The notes below the pieces were generated by a model, which saw nothing but the letters and a program-made list of their open reading frames with translations, was not told the DNA's origin and did not search any database. From a virus: a stretch of 64,000 nucleotides of DNA. The DNA is taken from the IMG/VR virus record IMGVR_UViG_3300045988_068528, positions 1-64,000 of that record; one strand, 5' to 3'. The translations under genes were made by a program, and so were the position numbers. Positions 43,928-51,178 of this stretch are shown piece by piece; within the stretch, counting starts at the first letter, position 1; every line of letters starts with the position of its first letter.

Positions 43928-44134
43928 ATGATAGACAAGGAATATATCAAGGAGATTGTCTCCCGTATCACGAAGAAGAAGGCTGACGGGAATATTGTTC
44001 CGGCCACCGCTTCGATGAGCGAGATTATGACTGCTGTACGCGAGGATGCTCTGGAATGCATGAGGACCATGTGCAACGAGAGGGAGATTGCGGTAAACAG
44101 GACGTTGAACAGTGTTTCATTTAAATGTTTGTAG
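43928..44134 (+). CDS. hypothetical protein
   Basis: 68-aa ORF. Confidence 0.5.
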   Translation: MIDKEYIKEIVSRITKKKADGNIVPATASMSEIMTAVREDALECMRTMCNEREIAVNRTLNSVSFKCL

Positions 44135-44137
44135 CTT

Positions 44138-44539
44138 ATGGGAGAAGAACGTAATTTTGAGTTTTTTATAGGCGACTGTCAGCTTCCTGCTGTTGTTTCG
44201 CCAGAGCCAACAATATGGCTGCTACCTGCGGACTCCAACGAAGAGGAGGTACCTGACTCTATTAAGAAGTATGTAGATAAGGCTGCTGAATCAGGCGATA
44301 GGATGTCTTCTTGCAGGTATGGAAATATCAGTGGTGAGTTCACCCTTGATGTTGAATGCAGTGAAGGCTCAGACGAACTGCTGCTCGAAATCCTCTACGG
44401 AGACAGAATCAGGAAAACCATTGAACGCCTTAATTATGAATGGCTGAAGAAGATGTGGAAGGCTTCCGATGACGATTTTCGAGTATTCTGGTTTGAACAG
44501 ATACGCAAAAAGTTTGAGGAGCACGAGGATCAAAATTGA
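44138..44539 (+). CDS. hypothetical protein
   Basis: 133-aa ORF. Confidence 0.55.
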   Translation: MGEERNFEFFIGDCQLPAVVSPEPTIWLLPADSNEEEVPDSIKKYVDKAAESGDRMSSCRYGNISGEFTLDVECSEGSDELLLEILYGDRIRKTIERLNYEWLKKMWKASDDDFRVFWFEQIRKKFEEHEDQN

Positions 44540-44544
44540 TTTAG

Positions 44545-44772
44545 GTGACAGATATGAGAAGACATCACAATCCGAACAAGATTCCGCCGTTCAAGCCGGA
44601 CCCGGAGCATTGGACCAGGAAGGTTCATTCATGGAAGGCGAAGGTCGCCTACGAGACTGAGGATGATGCTTGGGAGTTTCTGAATCAGATTCCGAGGTTG
44701 AAGGCACTTGGTTGGCATCCTTACTTATGCAAGGTTTGCTCAAAGTGGCATATTGGTAGGTTACATAATTAA
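44545..44772 (+). CDS. hypothetical protein with a C-terminal CxxC
   Basis: 75-aa ORF. Confidence 0.5.
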   Translation: MTDMRRHHNPNKIPPFKPDPEHWTRKVHSWKAKVAYETEDDAWEFLNQIPRLKALGWHPYLCKVCSKWHIGRLHN

Positions 44773-44777
44773 CGATT

Positions 44778-45164
44778 ATGAAAAAAGAAAATAGACTTAA
44801 AATATATCGCAAATACGATGGTCATTGTGCTTATTGCGGCAAGAGTATAGAGTATAAGGATATGCAGGTTGACCATTTTGTTCCGAAGAATCGAGGTTGT
44901 TACTCTCGGTGGAGCGACAAGGAGGGAAAGTTTGTCGTATCCCATGGCGATGATTGCATGGAGAACTATATGCCATCTTGCAGGTCTTGCAATCTTCGTA
45001 AGCGTGATATGAGTTTGGAACAATTTCGCTCAGAGATTACAAGACAAGCGAAAGGCCTGCTTAATGGCAAAGCTTCTTTTCAGGTAAAGATGTCGCTAGC
45101 TTATGGTTTAATTGAAGAGCACTTTGATAGACCTATTGAGTTCTATTTCGAGAAATTTAAATAG
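44778..45164 (+). CDS. HNH endonuclease
   Basis: It shows CAYCG...VDHFVPK...CRSCNLRK. Confidence 0.85.
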   Translation: MKKENRLKIYRKYDGHCAYCGKSIEYKDMQVDHFVPKNRGCYSRWSDKEGKFVVSHGDDCMENYMPSCRSCNLRKRDMSLEQFRSEITRQAKGLLNGKASFQVKMSLAYGLIEEHFDRPIEFYFEKFK

Positions 45165-45172
45165 TTGAGAAT

Positions 45173-45334
45173 ATGAGCATTCAAGCACAAAACGATTTAA
45201 TAATAGGTATCGCTTCCAGCAACCTATATGAGGGATGCCGTAAAAACGGAATTTCGAAGGAAGTCGTTTCCGATGTTTTAAAAGGAATGATTGAAAATCC
45301 TGTTTGCAATACAGAATGTTGGTTAAATAAATAG
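45173..45334 (+). CDS. small hypothetical protein (53 aa)
   Basis: Hand translation gives MSIQAQNDLIIGIASSN... It is bounded by two copies of the ATAGTTGAGA(A)TATG junction. Confidence 0.45.
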   Translation: MSIQAQNDLIIGIASSNLYEGCRKNGISKEVVSDVLKGMIENPVCNTECWLNK

Positions 45335-45341
45335 TTGAGAT

Positions 45342-45803
45342 ATGGAGATTAGAGTTAATATTTTAGGAAAGGTTGCTTACAATGGAAATGAAAGTAGGTC
45401 GGATTTCGAAAAAGCCGAACTATATCCATTTGGAGATGGTGTCTATGCAGTAATGGACGGAGAAAATTTTGTTGAGCTAAGAGTTGTATCTGGCAAAAAG
45501 CACAGCGAAGAAAAAGGTGATTATTACGAATGCATAGATAGGTGCTGGGCGAACGGGAAAATCTCACAAACTGTAACCGTTATAGAGCACGAAGAAAGGT
45601 TGAAGGATTATATAGACAAACGTTTCGAGGAGCTACAATTAGCAATCGAAAATACAAAGAGTAGTGCAGATAGCATAAATGATGCAGTATGCACTATAAA
45701 GAGTTCTATTGAGAAGATAGAGAAAGATGGTGTTGGTAGTGGAAAAGGTATCAGCGAAAAAACATTATTGTCTGCTATCGAGATTGTATCAAAACAGAAA
45801 TAG
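45342..45803 (+). CDS. hypothetical protein
   Basis: 153-aa ORF. Confidence 0.55.
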   Translation: MEIRVNILGKVAYNGNESRSDFEKAELYPFGDGVYAVMDGENFVELRVVSGKKHSEEKGDYYECIDRCWANGKISQTVTVIEHEERLKDYIDKRFEELQLAIENTKSSADSINDAVCTIKSSIEKIEKDGVGSGKGISEKTLLSAIEIVSKQK

Positions 45804-45811
45804 TTGAGAAT

Positions 45812-46207
45812 ATGAAGAAGAAAGGATATTACGAATACGAAAACGGAATCTACCCTTTGAAACTTTGGGTACACATCGGTAAAGACTTGAAAGAGCTGAT
45901 AGATTCATGTTTTGACAAGTGCAAGGCTCCCGATATTGATTACGGCGGCGTTACGTATTCCGATGCTGTCAGAAAGAGCGACAGAAGGCGCGGCGTTCTT
46001 GTATCGTTTCCGTGTCAGAAGGTTATGTCGATGAACTATTGCTGCCACGAAGCCTCTCACGTCTGCGATGCCATCGAGGAATATACTGACTTGGAACACG
46101 GCGGCGAGCCTTCTGCCTACTTGATGGGTTGGATTGCTTCTTGCATCAACAATGCTCGTTTGGGTATTGGAGATTTTATTGAGATTGAGAATGATGAAAC
46201 TAATTAG
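45812..46207 (+). CDS. hypothetical protein with an HExxH motif (possible small zinc metallopeptidase)
   Basis: CCHEASHVCD. Confidence 0.45.
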   Translation: MKKKGYYEYENGIYPLKLWVHIGKDLKELIDSCFDKCKAPDIDYGGVTYSDAVRKSDRRRGVLVSFPCQKVMSMNYCCHEASHVCDAIEEYTDLEHGGEPSAYLMGWIASCINNARLGIGDFIEIENDETN

Positions 46208-46316
46208 CAAAGAAGAAGTGAAGAAAAACCATAAGGACATTCTTGGTTTGGATTTGTTGTTTGCGGAGAATTTTCCTCCATATAGTAGATTTTTGGAAAA
46301 ATGTTTAAATACTTAA
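46191..46316 (+). CDS. small hypothetical protein (41 aa)
   Basis: An internal ATG of track ORF 46134-46316 follows a TTGAGAATG junction. Confidence 0.35.
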   Translation: MMKLISKEEVKKNHKDILGLDLLFAENFPPYSRFLEKCLNT

Positions 46317-46372
46317 AATACATCATGTACGTCGGCATCTGTGGCTACGTGCATACAAAAGGAGAATAGCTT

Positions 46373-46702
46373 ATGATTAAAATAGAAGATATTAAGGTTG
46401 GGTCTGTCTTGCAGATTACAAAGGGTAATTTGATTAAGATTGCAGGCCCGGTGTTTGCTGATAAAATAGATCCATCAGGCTCTATTGATAGGATTCAACA
46501 TATCAAAGTTATAGATATAGCTATAACGGATAAAAAATGCGAAATCGTAGCATTCTTTAAACCCGATTTAGCAGCAGCTTGTGTGGATATAGTTGATTTG
46601 GCGATGTATTCTATTTTCTCGGATTTTAAAGAAACACCAATCAAAAAAAAGAATCCGAGAAGAGTGATACCGACCGCTTCAAGGAAATCACAGACAAGAT
46701 GA
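46373..46702 (+). CDS. hypothetical protein
   Basis: 109-aa ORF. Confidence 0.55.
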   Translation: MIKIEDIKVGSVLQITKGNLIKIAGPVFADKIDPSGSIDRIQHIKVIDIAITDKKCEIVAFFKPDLAAACVDIVDLAMYSIFSDFKETPIKKKNPRRVIPTASRKSQTR

Positions 46703-46945
46703 GTGATACCTATAAGCGCAAAAATCACGACTATGGGAATGCTTTTTTCCGAAATGTATGATGAGCTTGGTATCAACTACGGCTACGGAAAGATACGAGA
46801 GAAAGTGAATCGTATCAAGACGTTGAAGGATAATGAAGCGCAAGTTGCTAATGAGCCATTGGAAGATGCTCTTCTTGACTGCGCTAACTATTGTCTCTTG
46901 ACATTGATGGAATATCAAAAACGTAAGGAACATGGAGCAGACTAA
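46699..46945 (+). pseudogene. gene resembling DUF1599/MazG-like nucleotide-modification-associated proteins, split by a 1-nt frame change at a T6 run (46743-46748)
   Basis: ATG 46699 is coupled to the upstream stop by an ATGA overlap. That frame reads MSDTYKRKNHDYGNAFF and then stops. The next frame continues SEMYDELGINYGYGKIREKVNRIK... Confidence 0.5.
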
Positions 46946-47201
46946 ATACACTTGTAAGGATTGCGTATTGTTGAATGACGAAGATTCTGAGTTCCCATAT
47001 TGCTTGGGCAAAGACTTATATACAGACGCAAATCCTGACGATGATGCTTGCGGAGACATTATTCCGCTAGTATATACTTGCAAGGATTGTTTCTTCTTCA
47101 AGGATGGGGTTTGTAATAACCCTAATGAGATTAGGGTTACTTCTGAGGAGAATCCATCTTGCATAGGTTTCGAGTATAAGGAAATAAAAGTTGAACTTTA
47201 A
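46932..47201 (+). CDS. Cys-rich hypothetical protein (two YTCKDC repeats)
   Basis: 89-aa ORF. Confidence 0.55.
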   Translation: MEQTKYTCKDCVLLNDEDSEFPYCLGKDLYTDANPDDDACGDIIPLVYTCKDCFFFKDGVCNNPNEIRVTSEENPSCIGFEYKEIKVEL

Positions 47202-47213
47202 AATATTGTTATC

Positions 47214-47768
47214 ATGGCATTACCATTTGGAAAGACTATCAAGACAAGACACTTCACCGTGCTGAAGTTCAGCAAGAGCTTGTCTAAGAAAGAAGTTGCT
47301 TCACTCAGAGAGGATATTCCTGCTGAGATCAAGAAGCATTTACAGAGAGGTTCGCTGCCTTTCATTAAGATTGCGAACATTGCCGGCACATGGGGAATCG
47401 AATACTCTATCGGTACATCAATGTACGCTGCGCTCGATGAATGTGTTCCTGTGGCTGTAGGAGACCATTATGAGTTCTCCAAGGATGATGGAAACATCAT
47501 CGAGGCATTTGCCCAGCTTATGTATGTGGATACATCGTTGCCTGGCGATGCAGAATACACGGCAGGTAAGCTGAAGCTCCGTGACGAGTACCTTACCCGT
47601 GAGTCTGCGAGGATGAACGCTGCTGCCGACAAGGGTAAGACAGAAGAGCAGCTTCGCAAGGAGAGCGATGAGGCCGTACAGGAAGTCATCGACCGAGACA
47701 AGCACGCCGAGACTATTCTTGAGATGGCAGAACAGATTAAGAAGGAAGGAGGCAAGGATGAGCGATAA
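47214..47768 (+). CDS. hypothetical protein
   Basis: 184-aa ORF. Confidence 0.6.
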   Translation: MALPFGKTIKTRHFTVLKFSKSLSKKEVASLREDIPAEIKKHLQRGSLPFIKIANIAGTWGIEYSIGTSMYAALDECVPVAVGDHYEFSKDDGNIIEAFAQLMYVDTSLPGDAEYTAGKLKLRDEYLTRESARMNAAADKGKTEEQLRKESDEAVQEVIDRDKHAETILEMAEQIKKEGGKDER

Positions 47769-47946
47769 ATTGCTTGAGGTCGTTCAAGACCATACTTCCC
47801 TGGTACAGGCGCTCCAGTTTATTTTGGAGGCCGCAGAGACGAAGAAACTGCCATCATACGGCGTTCTTCCTACGTTTAATGACGATATGCTTGAAGATCA
47901 GGTGCAAATTGCACTTGAACTCATCACCGGAGAGAAGTATCCCTGA
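47758..47946 (+). CDS. small hypothetical protein (start at MSDKLLE)
   Basis: In-frame ATG of track ORF 47668-47946. Confidence 0.5.
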   Translation: MSDKLLEVVQDHTSLVQALQFILEAAETKKLPSYGVLPTFNDDMLEDQVQIALELITGEKYP

Positions 47947-47986
47947 TTGAGTTTATATTTTTCTTCTACTTTCATAATATAAAAGT

Positions 47987-48018
47987 GAGGGGTGGTATCT
48001 GTGAAGACACCACCCCTC
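47987..48018. terminator. strong hairpin between convergent operons (probable bidirectional terminator)
   Basis: GAGGGGTGGT-(12 nt)-ACCACCCCTC. Confidence 0.6.
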
Positions 48019-48137
48019 GTAACCAATTAAACAGAATTACGAACAGCAGAACGAATCTGTGAACGTATATCTGTCTGCAAAGGTACTTGGTTTTGCAGAA
48101 ATTCTAGTAAAACAAAGTTACTTTAACACGAATTTAA

Positions 48138-48686
48138 CTATTTCTTCTTCTTTTGGAATGTCGCCTGACCATTTTTGAAGATAATGCAGTCCTCACAGCA
48201 TCGTGGCATAGACAGAGGAATGTAGTAATGGACCACATTGTTTTCTGTATCAATCTCGTCCTGCTTAATCTTAGAATAGTCTGCTATCATGGCTGTCGTC
48301 TTTTGCCACTCTGGAGAGCCGAATTTCTGCTTTCGCTGAGCTATAACGAGGTTTCTCAGAATCTCTTCCTTTGAGGTAGCCTTAATAAGCTCCTCCTGTG
48401 TAAGTTCGTCGCTATTCTCGTTCTTCGCTTTCTTTCCCTGCACCTCTGCGATTCTCTTCTGAACGGACTCCTGAGCTTCGAGCTTGTTCATCTCGTTTTC
48501 GAGGAATGATTTCTCCCACACACCTATTCCTTCTCCTTGGAATGCAATGGCCCAGCTGTCACGAACAGACATACCCGAACCACGGAGGCTGGCGTAGATG
48601 TAATAGCGAGGGTCTTTCATCTTGAGAGCCTTCGCCTTCTTGTACGTATCGACGGATAACGTGTATCCTTTTGTTTCTTCAATCAT
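48138..48686 (-). CDS. hypothetical protein (possible small terminase subunit or head-associated protein; start at MIEETKG)
   Basis: It is the last gene of the terminase-portal-MuF operon. There is no strong motif. Confidence 0.5.
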   Translation of the reverse strand: MIEETKGYTLSVDTYKKAKALKMKDPRYYIYASLRGSGMSVRDSWAIAFQGEGIGVWEKSFLENEMNKLEAQESVQKRIAEVQGKKAKNENSDELTQEELIKATSKEEILRNLVIAQRKQKFGSPEWQKTTAMIADYSKIKQDEIDTENNVVHYYIPLSMPRCCEDCIIFKNGQATFQKKKK

Positions 48687-48690
48687 AGTC

Positions 48691-49467
48691 TTATTTCTTT
48701 TTATTATTCTTGAACGCAAATATTGTTACACATTGACAATTAGGGTGATACGGAGGGTATGGGTCTTTGAAAGAATGAAGGCCTGCGTCAGCTTCGCTTT
48801 GGCAAAGCTCGCAGTAATAGCTACTTCCTCTCTTGACGTAGAACCCGATAGCTTTGTTCTCCTGCCCATACTCTTGCTCTGCCTGTCCCCACGCCAAAGC
48901 AATCACCTGAGAAGCATTTCTTACGATGTTCTGATAGGCGTTCTTGTAGTAGCCTTTTCCGTAAGAAGGAACATCGATGTTGATATCCTTTCTCTTCGCT
49001 TTGGTGATGACTGATGTGTGATATGGGTCCTTGTAGCCGGTTCGGATGGAAGATAGGAGCTGCTGGTCAGAATATCCCATCAAGGTTCCTGCCTTGATCA
49101 TCCTCACAATATCTTCCGCAAAGTTTCCGAGATAGACAGCGTTTCTTTCGGATGTCGTCTTTCCGTAGATGTCGCTGACGAGAAATGATTCTATGTTATC
49201 GCTGTCAATCCCGAGAATCTTGCATGAAGCCTTGGAGTAGGCAGAGATATAGCTGTTGATGCTCTCCTCAGCCTCAGCGGTAACATTCTTGGCGTAAGAG
49301 AGCAGGGCTGACTCGTTTTCGAGCCTGCCCGCACCTCTGTATCGCTTACTTGCGGTAATTACCTTCTGCGTCGATTTCCAGAGAATATCTGCAATATGAT
49401 CCTCGCAGTTTCGGATTGCCTGTAAGCGCTTCCTGCTGTAATCGACAGAACGTTTTAACTCATCCAT
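48691..49467 (-). CDS. phage head morphogenesis protein, SPP1 gp7 / Mu F-like
   Basis: The C-terminal PPYHPNCQC motif and its position after the portal gene support the call. Confidence 0.7.
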   Translation of the reverse strand: MDELKRSVDYSRKRLQAIRNCEDHIADILWKSTQKVITASKRYRGAGRLENESALLSYAKNVTAEAEESINSYISAYSKASCKILGIDSDNIESFLVSDIYGKTTSERNAVYLGNFAEDIVRMIKAGTLMGYSDQQLLSSIRTGYKDPYHTSVITKAKRKDINIDVPSYGKGYYKNAYQNIVRNASQVIALAWGQAEQEYGQENKAIGFYVKRGSSYYCELCQSEADAGLHSFKDPYPPYHPNCQCVTIFAFKNNKKK

Positions 49468-49471
49468 AGGC

Positions 49472-51178
49472 TTACTCCTTTATGGTCTTCCAGTTGTTAC
49501 GGCCCGGCCAGTTGCCGTTCTCATCCCAGTCTGTCCCGCTTTTGTTCGGTCTGCCAGCGCCACGACCAGTACGTACGTTTCCGCTGCCTCCATTCTGAAT
49601 CTTCGCCGTTGCCTTCTGCTCCTCGATAGCATTCTGGGTTTCGTTATCCGCACGTTGCATATCCATGAGGAGGTCTTGCTGGTCTTCCTCCTTCTTCTCA
49701 CGCATGATACGCTCATACTCGGCAGTCTTAGGGAAGTCAGGGCAGCGTTCTGAAGCCGTCTGCTTAGAGAGGAATCCGTTCTGAACCGCAGTGGCAATAT
49801 TTGTAATTTGTTCTGTTTTATTACTATGAACATACGGACTTATCCATGCGTTGATTGGAAGCCCAGACATTGTAGCGACGCAGTTTTCATCAGTACCGAT
49901 GCCGAACTGACAGATGCGGAGAATCTTATCCAGGAATGGCTGTAACTCCTGTGCATCATTCATTGCAACCTCCAGTGCAGGAGAATAGAGAAGCTTGATG
50001 GCTACACCTGGGAGGTCACCGGACTTCAACTCAGGCGGCTTCACGGTGAACGACAGCTCATAGATGAGGTCATACGACTTGTTGAGCTGTGTAGCGAAGG
50101 CATCAGAGGCATCCGTGCCATTCAAGAATTCAGCTTTGCCGTTAGTGTCCGTAATCATAATTGTCTTCGCAGAGCCGGTCATATCGTCGCCGGTTATAGA
50201 AATATCCTCACCATCGCCAGTGAGCGTAAGGATTGGGAAAGCGTACGCCTTGTTGTTCTCGCAGAGATATGAGAATGCTTCCTCATAGTCCTCGATGTTC
50301 TTCTGAACCATAAACCAGCAAGGTCCGTCGTTACGTGCGTAGGCTACCGGCACGAACTGGAAGCCGTGGTCCTTCTCTTCGATGAGGGTGTAGTCATCAA
50401 TTCCGAAAATCCTTGCAATCTTCGTCATTACCTCTTTCACCTTTCCTGACTTGACAGCCTTCTTGAAGCGGTAGAACTTCCGGTTATCCCAAGCCTCGAC
50501 ATATTCGGTCTTCTCGTTGCCCTCATCGTCGTAGTCGTAGTACTTCCTGGCAAAGCACAAAAGGTCGCCAGTGAGTGAATCGACGTGTGGGTACAGGATA
50601 TCTCCACGATCATAAGAGAGTGTTCGTGTGCAGAATTTCTTCTTTTCATCGAAGAAACCGACGATTGCACATTCTGCAACCTTCAGATATGCACTTACAG
50701 CTTCAAAGAAGCGAATCTCCATATCGTGCATAAGCCAGCCCTTCTTGAATACATCGAGGGTCTTCTGATTCTCCTCTACCTTCTTCTCGTTCTCGTAGTC
50801 ATCACCATCAGCAAGCTCGAACTGAACATCGTTGCCAGTCAAGTGCAGCAGATGCTTCGTGTGGATGAGCTGCTGGAATGCAAAGGCTGTGCGCTGAATC
50901 TTCTGGCAGTACCACCTGTTATTCTCAGGGTTCAACTTCCAGATGTCCGGGTATTCCTTCTCATCCATAATCCTATGGGCAGATGGGTAATACTCACGCA
51001 GGAAGTCTGCCTGCGTCTTGATGCGGCGATACATGGTGTCGTCTGGCATCGTTCCGTCGTAATAGTCAGGAACAACGTCGCTTACAGCTGAGTGCTTCAT
51101 GTACCCCGCAGGAGTAAGCTCGTAGAATGGTTTCCTTACGAGCAGCTCCCTTACATTATTTACCTTGATAGCCTCCAT
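49472..51178 (-). CDS. portal protein
   Basis: 568 aa, located between the large terminase and the MuF-like gene, with an acidic/basic C-terminal tail. Confidence 0.7.
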   Translation of the reverse strand: MEAIKVNNVRELLVRKPFYELTPAGYMKHSAVSDVVPDYYDGTMPDDTMYRRIKTQADFLREYYPSAHRIMDEKEYPDIWKLNPENNRWYCQKIQRTAFAFQQLIHTKHLLHLTGNDVQFELADGDDYENEKKVEENQKTLDVFKKGWLMHDMEIRFFEAVSAYLKVAECAIVGFFDEKKKFCTRTLSYDRGDILYPHVDSLTGDLLCFARKYYDYDDEGNEKTEYVEAWDNRKFYRFKKAVKSGKVKEVMTKIARIFGIDDYTLIEEKDHGFQFVPVAYARNDGPCWFMVQKNIEDYEEAFSYLCENNKAYAFPILTLTGDGEDISITGDDMTGSAKTIMITDTNGKAEFLNGTDASDAFATQLNKSYDLIYELSFTVKPPELKSGDLPGVAIKLLYSPALEVAMNDAQELQPFLDKILRICQFGIGTDENCVATMSGLPINAWISPYVHSNKTEQITNIATAVQNGFLSKQTASERCPDFPKTAEYERIMREKKEEDQQDLLMDMQRADNETQNAIEEQKATAKIQNGGSGNVRTGRGAGRPNKSGTDWDENGNWPGRNNWKTIKE

